Assembly (NCBI GenBank): GCA_965217995.1
Contig: CBDCKB010000004.1
Location: forward strand, 643,788 to 707,787
Direction of reading: 5' to 3'
DNA from: Rhodobacterales bacterium
GTDB lineage: Bacteria > Pseudomonadota > Alphaproteobacteria > Rhodobacterales > CAZPXZ01
Length of the DNA: 64,000 nt
Part shown: one piece after another, positions 20,640 to 31,423 of the stretch
How the letters are laid out: the number at the start of each line of letters is the position of its first letter
How positions within the stretch are numbered: position 1 is the stretch's first letter
Position numbers and translations under genes: made by a program
Notes under the pieces: generated by a model
The model's database searches: none
What the model was told of the DNA's origin: nothing
The model's input: only the letters and a program-made list of their open reading frames with translations

Positions 20640-23303
20640 TCAGTTCCGGATCCGGCCTGCCATCGCGCGGATTCGGTAGAGTGTTTCCAGTGCTTCGAGC
20701 GGCGTCATCCGGTCCGGCTCCACGGCGCAAATCTCTTCGAGAAGAGGAACCTCTTCTGCGGCGAGCCGCGTTGTCGGCGCGGCTGCATCAAACAGCGGTA
20801 GCGAGGCGATCGCCGCGGCGTTTCCGGATTCACCATCCTCGGCTTCGAGCCGGGCCAGAATCTCGCCCGCCCGTGCGGTCACCTGCGGCGGCAGCCCGGC
20901 GAGCCGGGCGACCTGGACGCCATAGGAGCGGTCGGCAACCCCCGGTGTGACTTCGTGCAGAAACACCAGTTCGCCCTCCCATTCCTTGACCCGCACGGAG
21001 GCGTTGCAAACGCCCTCGAGCCGGCTGGCAAGTTCGGTAAGCTCGTGAAAATGGGTCGCGAACAGCACCCGGCTGCGATTCACCATGCGCAGATGCTCGA
21101 TCACCGCCCAGGCGATCGACATTCCGTCATAGGTCGCGGTGCCGCGGCCGATCTCGTCGAGGATTACCAGCGAGCGCGGGCCGGCCTGGTGCAGGATGGC
21201 CGCTGTCTCCACCATCTCGACCATGAAGGTCGAGCGTCCGCGCGCGAGGTCGTCGGCGGCTCCGACGCGGGAAAACAGCCGGTCGACGATGCCGATGCGG
21301 GCGCGCCGCGCCGGCACGAAGGATCCGGCCTGTGCGAGCACCGCAATGAGGGCGTTCTGGCGGAGGAAGGTCGATTTGCCGGCCATGTTCGGGCCGGTGA
21401 GAATCCAGAGCGGATTTGCGTCCGGGCTGTCGGCCGTCAGGTCGCAGTCATTGGCGCAGAAAGCCTGCCCGCCCGTCCGGGCGAGGGCCTGTTCCACCAC
21501 CGGATGCCGCCCGCCTTCGATGACCAGAGACAGATCATCGGTCATCTCCGGGCGGGTCCACCCCTGCTCGGCGGCGAGCGAGCCCAGCGCGGCGGCAAGA
21601 TCGATCTCGGCGAGGGCAGCGGCGAGGGCAGCGAGGGCGTCGCCTGCCGCCAGCACCCGGGTGCAAAGCATTTCAAAAGCCTCTGTTTCGATCTGGATCG
21701 CGCGGGCACGGGCGCCGGCAATGCGTCCCTCCAGCTCGGAGAGTTCGGCGGTGGTGAAGCGCTCGGCACTGGAGATGGTCTGGCGGTGGATGAAGGCGCC
21801 CTCATGCTCTGGTGACCGGAGTTTGCTGCCATGCTTGTCACGGACCTCGATGAAGTAGCCGAGCACGTTGTTGTGCTTGATCCGGAGCGAGGCGACGCCG
21901 GTCCGGTCGCGGCAGGTCTTCTGCAGTTCCGCGATCAGATCGACGCTCGTGTCGCGCAGTTCCCGGGCCTGGTCGAGCTCGGGAAGATGGCCGGCGGCAA
22001 TGAAACTCCCGTCGGCCACGGCCGTCGGAAGCGATTCGGCCAGGGCCTGCGCGAGGAGGCTGTGGAGTTCGCCATGGCCCGCGAGATCGGCCCGGGCCCG
22101 GGCGACGGACACCGGGGTCGGGCCGTCTTCCCCGGCGAGTTTTGCCTCGATGGCAGCAGCGGTTTCGAGCGCGCTGCGGACCGCGCCGAGATCGCGCGGG
22201 CCGCCGCGCCCGAGTGCCAGCCGCGCCATGGCGCGTTCGAGATCCGGCAGGCCGCGGAGGAGGCCGGTCACGGCCCCGGCGAGCGTGCGCCGCTCCTGGA
22301 AGAAGGCCACGGCATCGTGCTGTGCGGCGATCACCGCCAGCTCCGTGCTCGGTGCGGCGAGTCGCGCGGCCAGCAACCGTGCGCCGGTCCCGGTGACGGT
22401 GCGGTCGGTGGCGTCGAGCAGGCTGCCGGCCCGCGTTCCGGACAGGGTTTCAACGATCTCGAGATTGCGTCGGGTGGCCGGGTCGATTCCCATGCGCTCG
22501 CCGGAGGCTTCCCGTACAGGCGGCCGGATCAGTGCCGTCATGCCGCGCTGGGTCATTTCCACGTAATCGATAATGGCCCCCATGGCCGAGATCTCGGATC
22601 GTGAGAAATCGCCATAGGGTTCGAGGGAGGCAACCCCGAAGGCGCGTTCGAGTCGGGTGCGTGCCGAATTGCTGTTGAAACTCGCCGGACCGAGCGGAGT
22701 CGGGGATGCGCCTTCTTCCCGGACGCTGCTGACGATTTCCCGGTCGTCGCAGATTCGGTCCGGCAGCAGCAGCTCGCGCGGCGCTACCCGGGAGACGGCA
22801 GCGGTCAGATCGCTCCGGGGGCATGCGGAAACGCGGAATTCCCCGGTCGAAAGATCGAGCCAGGCAAAGGCGCTGTCCTCGCGGATTTCGATCCAGGCGG
22901 CGAGGAAATTGTTGCGCTGGGCGTCGAGGAGCGAATCCTCGGTGAGTGTGCCCGGCGTGACCACCCGCACGACCTCGCGCCGGACCACCGAGTTTTTGCC
23001 CCGCTTGCGGGCTTCCTCGGGATCCTCGGTCTGTTCGCAGACCGCGACCCGATGACCGGCACGGATCAGCTTGAGAAGGTAGTCGTCGGCACTGTGGACC
23101 GGCACTCCGCACATCGGCACGTCTTCGCCGCGATGCTTGCCGCGGGTGGTCAGCGTGATCTTGAGTGTGTCCGAAGCGCGGCGCGCGTCGTCGAAGAAGA
23201 GCTCGTAGAAATCTCCCATCCGGTAGAACAGGAGTGAGTCCGGGTGGGATTTTTTGATCGACCAGTATTGCCGCATCATCGGCGTCTGGATGTCGGCCGG
23301 CAT
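20640..23303 (-). CDS. mutS: DNA mismatch repair protein MutS
   Basis: 887 aa. N-terminal TPMMRQYWSIK...GDFYELF mismatch-binding motif, Walker A GPNMAGKST, and DEIGRGT. Confidence 0.97.
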   Translation of the reverse strand: MPADIQTPMMRQYWSIKKSHPDSLLFYRMGDFYELFFDDARRASDTLKITLTTRGKHRGEDVPMCGVPVHSADDYLLKLIRAGHRVAVCEQTEDPEEARKRGKNSVVRREVVRVVTPGTLTEDSLLDAQRNNFLAAWIEIREDSAFAWLDLSTGEFRVSACPRSDLTAAVSRVAPRELLLPDRICDDREIVSSVREEGASPTPLGPASFNSNSARTRLERAFGVASLEPYGDFSRSEISAMGAIIDYVEMTQRGMTALIRPPVREASGERMGIDPATRRNLEIVETLSGTRAGSLLDATDRTVTGTGARLLAARLAAPSTELAVIAAQHDAVAFFQERRTLAGAVTGLLRGLPDLERAMARLALGRGGPRDLGAVRSALETAAAIEAKLAGEDGPTPVSVARARADLAGHGELHSLLAQALAESLPTAVADGSFIAAGHLPELDQARELRDTSVDLIAELQKTCRDRTGVASLRIKHNNVLGYFIEVRDKHGSKLRSPEHEGAFIHRQTISSAERFTTAELSELEGRIAGARARAIQIETEAFEMLCTRVLAAGDALAALAAALAEIDLAAALGSLAAEQGWTRPEMTDDLSLVIEGGRHPVVEQALARTGGQAFCANDCDLTADSPDANPLWILTGPNMAGKSTFLRQNALIAVLAQAGSFVPARRARIGIVDRLFSRVGAADDLARGRSTFMVEMVETAAILHQAGPRSLVILDEIGRGTATYDGMSIAWAVIEHLRMVNRSRVLFATHFHELTELASRLEGVCNASVRVKEWEGELVFLHEVTPGVADRSYGVQVARLAGLPPQVTARAGEILARLEAEDGESGNAAAIASLPLFDAAAPTTRLAAEEVPLLEEICAVEPDRMTPLEALETLYRIRAMAGRIRN

Positions 23304-23305
23304 GG

Positions 23306-24460
23306 CTAGCCTTTCGGCAGGTAGCGGTCGAGCGCGACTCGGTAGATGTTGGCCAGTGTCTCGATGTCGCGGGTCGGCACGCGCTCGTCGGCGGCATGCA
23401 TGGTGCGCCCGACCAGGCCGATCTCGGCGGTCGGGCAGAGGTCCTTGATAAAGCGTGCGTCGGAGGTTCCGCCGGAGGTGGAGAGTTCGGGTTCCAGACC
23501 GGTTTCGCTCCGGACCGCTTCCTGCAGGAAACCGACGAAGGGTCCGGGCTCGCAGATGAAGGCTTCCGCGTTCGCCATCGCGTTCTCGAGCGAGAATGTC
23601 AGGCCGCTGGTTTCGGCCGCTTCCGCGATCCGGGACTCAAGCCAGGCGGTGAGACCGGAGCCGGTATGGGTGTCATTGAACCGGATGTTGAGGACCGCCT
23701 CGGCCGCCCCCGGGATGACATTGGAGGCCGGGTTGCCGGTGTCGATCGAGGTGATCGCGAGGGTGGAGGGCGAAAACCGCTCCGTGCCGGTATCGAGTTC
23801 GGTTGCGGCAAGATCCGCCACCAGTCGCGCCAGCGGCGGCAGCGGGTTCCGGGCCCGGTCGGGATAGGCGCTGTGACCGGCGGTTCCCTCGACCCGGATC
23901 CGGAAACTGATCGCGCCGCGCCGACCGATCTTGATGACGTCGCCCACTTTCTCGAGCGAGGTGGGCTCCCCGACGATGCAGGCATCAAGCGTCTCGCCTT
24001 CGGCCCGCATCCAGTCAAGGATCGCGGGGGTGCCGTCGGTCGCGTCCCCTTCCTCGTCACCGGTGATCAGGAGCGAGATCGATCCCGCCGGCGGGCCCGC
24101 ATGCAGATGCTGGACGGCCGCGGCGGCGAAGGCCGCCACTCCGGATTTCATGTCGACCGCACCACGCCCCCACAGCATTCCGTCGCGGATTTCGCCTCCG
24201 AACGGGTCCGCCGTCCAGGCCTCCCGCGGGCCGGTCGGCACGACATCGGTGTGTCCTCCGAAGCCCAGTACCGGTGAACCCGTGCCGATCCGTGCGTGGA
24301 GGTTGGGAATGCCGTTGCGGTCGGCCCGCCGGCAGCGGAAGCCGGCTGGTTCGAGAAATTGCGCGAGCAGCTGGAGTGCGCCGCCCTCCTCGGGGGTGAC
24401 CGAGCGGCAGCGGACCAGCGCCGCGGTCAGTGCGACCGGATCAGTTGCGGAGGAGTTCAT
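23306..24460 (-). CDS. dapE: succinyl-diaminopimelate desuccinylase
   Basis: M20 peptidase motifs GHTDVVP and TGDEE. Positioned between dapD and mutS. Confidence 0.9.
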   Translation of the reverse strand: MNSSATDPVALTAALVRCRSVTPEEGGALQLLAQFLEPAGFRCRRADRNGIPNLHARIGTGSPVLGFGGHTDVVPTGPREAWTADPFGGEIRDGMLWGRGAVDMKSGVAAFAAAAVQHLHAGPPAGSISLLITGDEEGDATDGTPAILDWMRAEGETLDACIVGEPTSLEKVGDVIKIGRRGAISFRIRVEGTAGHSAYPDRARNPLPPLARLVADLAATELDTGTERFSPSTLAITSIDTGNPASNVIPGAAEAVLNIRFNDTHTGSGLTAWLESRIAEAAETSGLTFSLENAMANAEAFICEPGPFVGFLQEAVRSETGLEPELSTSGGTSDARFIKDLCPTAEIGLVGRTMHAADERVPTRDIETLANIYRVALDRYLPKG

Positions 24461-25283
24461 TGACCGAGGTCTTGGCCCGTGTCTTTTCGTCCACGCGCTT
24501 GACGATCACGGTGCAGTAGAGGCTCGGGCCGGGGCTGCCATCGGGAAGCGGGCGGCCCGGCAGTGCGCCGGGCACCACCACCGAAAAGGGAGGTACGAAG
24601 CCGGTCATCGTCTCGCCGGTGGCGCGGTCGACAATCCGGGTCGAGGCGCCGATATACACGCCCATCGAGAGCACCGAGCCGCGGCCGACGCGCACGCCTT
24701 CGGCGACTTCCGCCCGGGCGCCGATGAAGCAGTCATCCTCGATGATCACCGGGTCCGATTGCAGAGGCTCGAGCACGCCGGCGATGCCGGTCCCCCCGGA
24801 GATATGGCAGTTTTTGCCGACCTGGGCGCAGGAGCCGATCGTGGCCCAGGTATCGACCATCGTGCCGGCTCCGACATGGGCTCCGACATTGACGAAACTT
24901 GGCATCAGCACCGCCCCGGGGGCGATATAGGCGGAATGGCGCACGACCGCGCCCGGCGCCGCGCGGAAACCGGCCGCCCGGAAGCGGTCTGCGTCCCAGT
25001 GCTCGAATTTTCCCGGCACCTTGTCCCACCAGCCGCCGCCGCCCGGCCCACCGGGCACATGGATCATGTCGTTGATCCGGAAGGAGAGCAGCACCGCTTT
25101 TTTCAGCCACTGGTGGACGGTCCAGCCGCCGGCTCCGTCGGGTGACGCCACCCGCATTTCTCCGCTGTCGAGCGCTTCCAGCGCCGCCGTCACCGCGCTG
25201 CGGCAGGGGTCGCCGGTCTCCGGACTGATCCCGTCACGCGCATCCCAGGCTTGGTTGATCACTGCTTCGATATCGGCCTGCAT
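24441..25283 (-). CDS. dapD: tetrahydrodipicolinate N-succinyltransferase
   Basis: ORF 24441..25439 trimmed to [14 protein letters not shown]. Hexapeptide-repeat region ([28 protein letters not shown]...). Confidence 0.9.
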   Translation of the reverse strand: MQADIEAVINQAWDARDGISPETGDPCRSAVTAALEALDSGEMRVASPDGAGGWTVHQWLKKAVLLSFRINDMIHVPGGPGGGGWWDKVPGKFEHWDADRFRAAGFRAAPGAVVRHSAYIAPGAVLMPSFVNVGAHVGAGTMVDTWATIGSCAQVGKNCHISGGTGIAGVLEPLQSDPVIIEDDCFIGARAEVAEGVRVGRGSVLSMGVYIGASTRIVDRATGETMTGFVPPFSVVVPGALPGRPLPDGSPGPSLYCTVIVKRVDEKTRAKTSVNELLRN

Positions 25284-25517
25284 GGCACTGCTCCTCCGCT
25301 TCTGCGGGCCCGTATTCCAGATGTGATCTGCCTGCAGATGGGTCATCCGGCCTGGAGATGGAAGGCGGATGCCTGTCACAGGGACCGCTTTCCGGAGGGC
25401 CGAATGAACGCCCGCAAGGATGCCCGATTGGTGCCGCAAGGTCGAATCAGGCGGGTCCGCCGAAGTGCTGCATGAGCGCAGCAGGCACGGACAGGACAGC
25501 CTGTTGGGGTTGCACCG

Positions 25518-26222
25518 TCATGCGGGCATCTGGTCCCAGGTCCTGCCATCGAGAATCCGCCCCGCTTTCTTCTTGTTCGTGCCACCCCACTGCTTGAAAA
25601 AGAACGGAACTTTGGCTTGGTGACACTGGTCACGCAGTGAGGTGACCCAGGCCTTGTCCATGGGGCGTGCCTTGGGCCCTGACTCGCCGCCGACAATCAC
25701 CCAATCCATCCCGGCCAGATTCAGATCGGGCAGCGGTCCCAGCAGGGGTTCGAGCGAAAGGAACTTGATCCGGGCATCGGTCGCTCTCAGATCGTCGATG
25801 CGCGGGCGGTAACGTTCCGTCTCGACGCTGACGCCCATCCAGATATTCGGGGCCCAGTCGAGTTTGGAACTGAGGCGGACCAACCTCCCCGGTCTCTTGG
25901 TGAGCACCTGAAACCGGTGCCAGTGAGCCTGGCGCATGATACGGAACACCTCCTCGATATATTGATACGGCACATCCTTGTGGAAGAGATCGCTCATGGA
26001 GTTGACGAAAATGGTCTGCGGCTTCTTCCATCCCAAAGGCAATTCGAGCATGTGGGGTTGCAGGGTCAGATTGAAGCCGTTCGTGTAGTTCGCTTGTCCC
26101 ATGGCCTGGAGGCGCCTGGCCATTCGTTCCGCATAGCAGTGTTTACACCCCGGACTGATCTTCGTGCACCCGGTCACGGGGTTCCAGGTGGACTCGGTCC
26201 ACTCGATTGTTGATTTTGCCAT
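25518..26222 (-). CDS. DUF5131 / phage Gp37-Gp68 family protein
   Basis: [38 protein letters not shown] is the family-defining N-terminus with a Cys cluster. The ATG at 26222 has an AAGG RBS. GC is visibly below the flanking core. Confidence 0.8.
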   Translation of the reverse strand: MAKSTIEWTESTWNPVTGCTKISPGCKHCYAERMARRLQAMGQANYTNGFNLTLQPHMLELPLGWKKPQTIFVNSMSDLFHKDVPYQYIEEVFRIMRQAHWHRFQVLTKRPGRLVRLSSKLDWAPNIWMGVSVETERYRPRIDDLRATDARIKFLSLEPLLGPLPDLNLAGMDWVIVGGESGPKARPMDKAWVTSLRDQCHQAKVPFFFKQWGGTNKKKAGRILDGRTWDQMPA

Positions 26223-26551
26223 TTTACCTTCGCCTTCCCTTATAGGAGGCAAAAATATCCTGGACCATCTTCTTCGCCATGGATTGCTCGTTAGCTGTGC
26301 AATTTCAACAAGCTACCCTTGTCCAAGTAGGGCCGACTGATAGGTGTATGCGCCGTCCTAACCCACGGGGTCGGTGGGGCCATCCCATCAGGTCTGTGAT
26401 ACTCGTCCATGGCGTGCCGACCGGTCCATCGTCGGCACCATACGGCCTTGTAGGCCATTCTAGTTTTCTACCTAGCGGTGTCTGCCGGTCCGTTGCTGGA
26501 AATGTGAAAGCACAAATACAAACGACACTCACAAATCTAAGAATTTTTACC

Positions 26552-26950
26552 TTATGATATCTCTTCCATCAATTTATCGCCCTTCAAGCGGTTACAATTC
26601 CGACAAGAAGCCCATCCATTCTCAAGCGTAGTTGGACCCCCTTTAGAGACAGGGATCTTATGATCTACTTCAAAATTATTATAAAAATTTAATTTTATAC
26701 CACCACAAAAGCCCATAATATATCCCCAAGATCCCTGGGATTTGTGAATCCAAAGCCCTATCTGACATATTCCATTATCTCTACGAAAAATCTCTTCCCT
26801 AACCTCAGGAGAGAAACTTTTAGGTGGATCGGTTATCATCCTAGTCAGAGTCTCTATTGTGTCCATCATCATATCCTTTCTATCTGTTTCGGCATCTAGA
26901 CCATTCCAGATGCCATTTTCAAAAGGGATCCTGTTTTCAGAATCCAACAA
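26552..26950 (-). CDS. small HNH endonuclease
   Basis: FEVDHKIPVSKGGPTTLENGWASCRNCNRLKGDK His-Me finger. Strongly AT-rich compared with its neighbours. Confidence 0.8.
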   Translation of the reverse strand: MLDSENRIPFENGIWNGLDAETDRKDMMMDTIETLTRMITDPPKSFSPEVREEIFRRDNGICQIGLWIHKSQGSWGYIMGFCGGIKLNFYNNFEVDHKIPVSKGGPTTLENGWASCRNCNRLKGDKLMEEIS

Positions 26951-27083
26951 ACAAGCCGGATCCGTTGCGCCGCTAAAACCGCCTTCGTGCCTAGATCCAG
27001 TCAGGCAACTCCATTATACCAAATTTGCTTCACAAAGCAGCCAGCATTTTTCCCAACCGCACAAGTTGCACAATCCCACTTCG

Positions 27084-27746
27084 GAGTACGTCGTTCGTCA
27101 GATCGAAGTCTTATGGCACCAGCGATGGACCGACCAGCGGGCCACAGCCGAGCTCGGCATCTCTCCGTCCACGGTCAGTCGCACTCTCCACCGTCTCGGG
27201 CCAAGCAGGATCAAGGATATCAATCCCCTCCCGCTCCCGCGCCGCTACGGGCGCAGCAGACCCGGCGAGATGATCCACATCGACATTAAGAAGTTGAAGC
27301 ATTTCAAGGTCCCGAGGCATCGAATCACCGGATGGCACACCGGCATGCACCGAAGCGGTGGCGCAGGATGGGAATACCTGCACGTCTGCATCGACAACTA
27401 TTCCTGCGTGGCTTTCTCTACTGTGATGCTCGACAAAAACGCTCGAAGCGAAATCGTTTTTCTCCAGGCGGCGGGCGCTTGCTATCAGAACTTCGAGATC
27501 ACCATGGAACGTGTCATGATCGACAACGGACCCTGATTACAGCTCCAGGGTCTTCCGCAATTTCGATCTCGATCTCAATATCCGTCCCATATCCATACCC
27601 GACCCTACACCCCGAAAACCAACGGCAAGGCCGAACGCTTCATACAAACCGACCTCGAAGAATGAGCCTATGCGGCCGCTGATCGGATTTTAATGCAACG
27701 ATGCGACCGGCTTCATCGCTACAATTTGGTGCCGACCTCACAGTAG
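27084..27746 (+). mobile_element. degraded IS481-family transposase (pseudogene: N-terminally truncated, with an internal stop/frameshift)
   Basis: ...ELGISPSTVSRTLHRLG...PGEMIHIDIKKLKHF...YLHVCIDNYSCVAF...VMIDNGP*. The sequence then continues in other frames with TRPYTPKTNGKAERFIQT and YN..P motifs. Confidence 0.7.
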
Positions 27747-27873
27747 TCTCAAAAGCAGACACCCATCAGCCGATTGGAGCCAGCCAGGAGCAACCTAATG
27801 AACTTCTACATCTAGCGCGTCTTCTACCCCGAAAGATGACAGCCGCAGGCATTGGGGCTAGCATCCGGAACCT

Positions 27874-28275
27874 GTGCCGGAGGAGGCGATGGCCCGACAG
27901 CGTGTGTTTTCCGGCTCCAGTTTCGAGGAGCTGGCCGGTTATGCCCGCGCGGTGGTGGACGGGCCTTGGGTGTTTGTTTCCGGAACCACCGGTTACGACT
28001 ATACGAACATGACGATTTCGGAGGATGCGGCCGCGCAGACGGAAGCCTGTTTCCGCAACATCCAGACCGCTCTGGAGGAGGCCGGTGCCGCCCTCGCCGA
28101 CATGGTGCGGATCCGCATTTTCGTCGTGGATCGGGCGGATTTTTCTGCGGTCGCGGAAGTGGTCGGGCGCTATTGCCGCGACATCCGTCCGGCCAACACG
28201 ACGGTGGTCTGCCAGCTCATCGATCCGGCCATGAAGGTGGAGATTGAAGTCACCGCACTCCGGTCTGCCAGCTGA
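27874..28275 (+). CDS. RidA/YjgF/L-PSP family protein
   Basis: 133 aa; ARAVVDGPWVFVSGTTG...CFRNIQTALEEAGAALADMVRIRIFV is typical of RidA-family proteins. Confidence 0.85.
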   Translation: MPEEAMARQRVFSGSSFEELAGYARAVVDGPWVFVSGTTGYDYTNMTISEDAAAQTEACFRNIQTALEEAGAALADMVRIRIFVVDRADFSAVAEVVGRYCRDIRPANTTVVCQLIDPAMKVEIEVTALRSAS

Positions 28276-28277
28276 CA

Positions 28278-29678
28278 GTGGCCGCGGGCGGCGAGGACGA
28301 GCCGCGCACCCTTCGTGGCATGTCGCGGGCATTGGTCCATCTTGCCTGGCCGACCATGCTCAGCCGGTCCGGCGTCCTGATCATGGCACTGGTCGATCTG
28401 ATCATGATCGGGCGCTATGCGACCGAGGAGATCGCCTACGCGGCGCTTGGCTTCTCGTTTTTCATACCGGCGCTGGTCGCCACCATCGGTCTGCAGTTCG
28501 GCCTCATCCCGGCCGTGGCCCGGAGTTTCGGGGCGGGGAATCTGCGCAATTGCGGCGTGGCGCTGCGTCGCGGACTTCCCTGGGGGCTGGTCACCGGCCT
28601 GGCTGCCGGGGGGGTTGTTGCCCTGAGCTGGGTCTGGCTGACGCTGGTCGGCCACGAGGCGGAGCTGGTCCGGGAGGCGTCATGGGTGGCACTGGCCATC
28701 GCCGTCGGCCTGCCCCTGCAGATCCTCTACGTGGTCTGCGCTTTCTATCTCGAGGCGACCCGCCGGCCGATGCCCGGGCTGGTACTGATGATCGTCGCCA
28801 ATTTGTTGAATGTCGCGGCCAATTGGGTGCTGATCTACGGCAATCTCGGCGTCCCGGCCCTCGGGGCGTTCGGCTCGGCGATCTCCACCTCGCTGGTGCG
28901 GGGGTTCCTGTTTGTGGGGATTTTCATCTATATCTTCACCCGTGCCGACGCCCGGGAATACGGCCTTTTCGAACGTCCGGAATCGTTCTGGGGCGAGGGG
29001 GGCTGGAAGGGCGGGTATGATCTCCGGCGCATCGGGCTCGCGACCTGTGCCGGACTCCTGGCCGAGACCGGCGCGTTTACGGTCCTCACGCAATTCGCCG
29101 GCTTCATGGGAACGGCCGCGCTGGCCGCCTATTCGATCGCCCACAACCTGTTCGCCACACTGTTCATGCTTTCGCTCGGCGTCGCTTCGGCCACGGCTGT
29201 GCTGGTCGGCAATGCGGAGGGCCGGGACGACCGTCACAGCGTGATCCTGGCCGGGTGGACCGGCATCGGAGGCTCGATCCTGCTGATGGTCTGCTTTGTC
29301 CCCGTGCTGGGTCTGTTTGCCAGCGAGATCGCCGGCGTCTACACGGAGGATCTGGCACTGGCGGCGCGCACCGCACCGCTGATTCTCCTGGTGGCCCTTG
29401 CCAGCATTGCAGATGGCAGCCAGGCGGTGTCTTCCGCGGCCGTGCGCGGCCTCGGGGATTCCTGGACCGCGACCTGGATGCATGTGACGGCCTGGATTGT
29501 GATCATGATCCCGGCCGCCTGGGTGCTGGGACTGACAATGGGCATGCAGGAGGCCGGGCTGGTGGTGGCAAGCGGGATCGGCGCGCTGGCGGCGGTCATC
29601 TTGATGGCCTGGCGGTTTTCGGTGCTGGTGCGACGGGTTGCCGACCTGCCCGGACGGGCGGCGGCGCGCGCGCTATGA
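28278..29678 (+). CDS. MATE-family efflux transporter
   Basis: 466 aa, about 12 hydrophobic segments. N-terminal LVHLAWPTMLSRSGVLIMALVDLIMIG is MATE-typical. GTG start 2 nt after the RidA stop. Confidence 0.8.
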   Translation: MAAGGEDEPRTLRGMSRALVHLAWPTMLSRSGVLIMALVDLIMIGRYATEEIAYAALGFSFFIPALVATIGLQFGLIPAVARSFGAGNLRNCGVALRRGLPWGLVTGLAAGGVVALSWVWLTLVGHEAELVREASWVALAIAVGLPLQILYVVCAFYLEATRRPMPGLVLMIVANLLNVAANWVLIYGNLGVPALGAFGSAISTSLVRGFLFVGIFIYIFTRADAREYGLFERPESFWGEGGWKGGYDLRRIGLATCAGLLAETGAFTVLTQFAGFMGTAALAAYSIAHNLFATLFMLSLGVASATAVLVGNAEGRDDRHSVILAGWTGIGGSILLMVCFVPVLGLFASEIAGVYTEDLALAARTAPLILLVALASIADGSQAVSSAAVRGLGDSWTATWMHVTAWIVIMIPAAWVLGLTMGMQEAGLVVASGIGALAAVILMAWRFSVLVRRVADLPGRAAARAL

Positions 29679-30592
29679 GTGCCCCGCACCGGATACCCCC
29701 GGGGCTTTGGGCCCGCTATGCGGTGGAAGCGCGGGGCCTCGGTCTTCTGCGCATGATTTTCGGGCCCATGCAGGCGGACGCCGCCTCGAACCGTGCCGAC
29801 CGGTTGGGGTGCTGGATCGCGCGCCGCCTGCCGGGCCTCTGCCGTCGCGCCGAGCGGAATGTGGCGGCAGGGCTGCCCGATCTGGATGCGGAGACGCGGG
29901 CGCGGATCGCACAGGCCCATTTCGGGAATTTCCTGCGGACGATCATTGAATACCTCCATATCGGGGCGTTGATGGACGGGCCGGACCGGATTTCGGTGAT
30001 CGGGGAGGAGCATGTCCGGCGCGCGCTGGCCGGGGAGGTCGGGGCGATTTTTGCGACCGCCCACAGCGGCAACCCGGAGGCATGCAGGGTGGCGGCGGGG
30101 CGGTTCGGCCCGGTTCCCGGGCTGATCTACCGCCGCCCGAACAACATCTTCCTGCGCGGTCTGGTCGATGATGTGCTGGCCCACCGGGAGGGTGCGCTGC
30201 TGCCGCGCGGGCCGGGGCATACGGGTGCGCTCCGCCGGCATCTGCAGGGTGGCCGGAGCTTGCTGGTCATGCTGGACCAGCGCCCGCTTCATGGCGAGTG
30301 GCTGCCGTTGCTCGGCCGATCTTCTCTGACACCGCTGGGGGCTGCGCGGCTTGCCGGTGCTTTGGGCGCACCGCTGGTTCCGGTTCGCTCGCTGCGCCTG
30401 CCGGGCCCCCGCGTGCGCTTTGAGGTCTCTTTCGCGGAAGCGATCCGTCCCGGTCCTGCCGCCGAGATGATGGCCGCGCTGAACCAGCACTATGAGGCAT
30501 GGATCCGCGAGGTGCCCGAGCAATGGTTCTGGATCCACAACCGCTGGGGCCGGCTCGCCGCGGAGGACGTCTCGCGCCCGTCTCCGGAGTGA
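29675..30592 (+). CDS. LpxL/HtrB-type lipid A (lysophospholipid) acyltransferase
   Basis: ORF 29255..30592 trimmed to ATG 29675 (ATGA overlap with the MATE stop). HSGNPE (HX4D/E) acyltransferase motif; C-terminal PEQWFWIHNRW is typical of the family. Confidence 0.75.
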   Translation: MSAPHRIPPGLWARYAVEARGLGLLRMIFGPMQADAASNRADRLGCWIARRLPGLCRRAERNVAAGLPDLDAETRARIAQAHFGNFLRTIIEYLHIGALMDGPDRISVIGEEHVRRALAGEVGAIFATAHSGNPEACRVAAGRFGPVPGLIYRRPNNIFLRGLVDDVLAHREGALLPRGPGHTGALRRHLQGGRSLLVMLDQRPLHGEWLPLLGRSSLTPLGAARLAGALGAPLVPVRSLRLPGPRVRFEVSFAEAIRPGPAAEMMAALNQHYEAWIREVPEQWFWIHNRWGRLAAEDVSRPSPE

Positions 30593-30730
30593 GCGAAGAA
30601 CCTGGGTGCGATCTGCCAGCAGGTGGTCCATTTGGCCCTGATTGGCGATGCTGGTGTTTCGGAACAAACCAGCTCCCCGGAGGGACGGAATTTACGCAAT
30701 AGTGCCGGTTACTGAAGTGCTACGGGCCCA

Positions 30731-31423
30731 TCATATGTAGGCTTCTTCAAGTTCAATCTCTGGCTCGGGCGATCCTGCCCAGGTGAAACGGTAGCGCGCG
30801 CTCTTGCGAACATTGCCGATGAGCGCGGGGCGAAAACACGCGAGGCAGACGCCGTCGTTGTGGCGCACGCTGGGATAAATGATCCCGGACGACCGCTCTC
30901 GGAGAAGGATCTCGGCGAGCAACTGGGATTCGACGTAGCTGTCCGGGTCGAGGTATTTCTGGTGGGTCGCATCTCCCCGAATGTCGTGGTACTCCCCGCC
31001 GAAATCCGCGAGATAGTCGTCGTAGGTGACGCTTTCCTCCATCCAGTCGATTTCAGCGAGTTCGACCGACTTGTGCCAGGCGGTCTCAGCTTGCGACGTT
31101 TCGAGCTCAAACCCGGCATACCAGGCACCGCGATCTGGACCGTTGAATCGGCTGCCGAGCGGATAGGCATGCGAAAAGGCCGCGTGGATGATGCGGTAAC
31201 AAGGAACGCCAGACACCAGCTCATCGATGCCGATGCCCGGCAGTCGATCGTTCTCGGCGAGCAGGCGGTCATTGGTCGCGTGGTCCAGATCAAAGATGCC
31301 GCGAAGGTGGTCATCATCGTCGGCGATCCGGACGAGCACGCTTTCTCCGTCCTCTCTGTACTTCGAGGAAATGAGCCGGTGCGTATCGAGCTGCCGGATG
31401 CGTATAACGGCGGGGTTGCTCAA
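30731..31423 (-). CDS. RES-domain toxin (NAD+-targeting, MbcT/ParT family)
   Basis: 230 aa. R/E/S blocks GSRFNGPDRGAWYAG, ETSQAE and IIYPSVRHNDGVCLACF. Overlaps its antitoxin gene by 4 nt. Confidence 0.85.
   Translation of the reverse strand: MSNPAVIRIRQLDTHRLISSKYREDGESVLVRIADDDDHLRGIFDLDHATNDRLLAENDRLPGIGIDELVSGVPCYRIIHAAFSHAYPLGSRFNGPDRGAWYAGFELETSQAETAWHKSVELAEIDWMEESVTYDDYLADFGGEYHDIRGDATHQKYLDPDSYVESQLLAEILLRERSSGIIYPSVRHNDGVCLACFRPALIGNVRKSARYRFTWAGSPEPEIELEEAYI

Noticed and set aside
26957-26968. 12-mer cggatccgttgc shared with unit 5 of the repeat array (32074-32085)
   Set aside because: With seven array units and both strands considered, a single 12-mer match in 64 kb is expected by chance. 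There is no flanking similarity.
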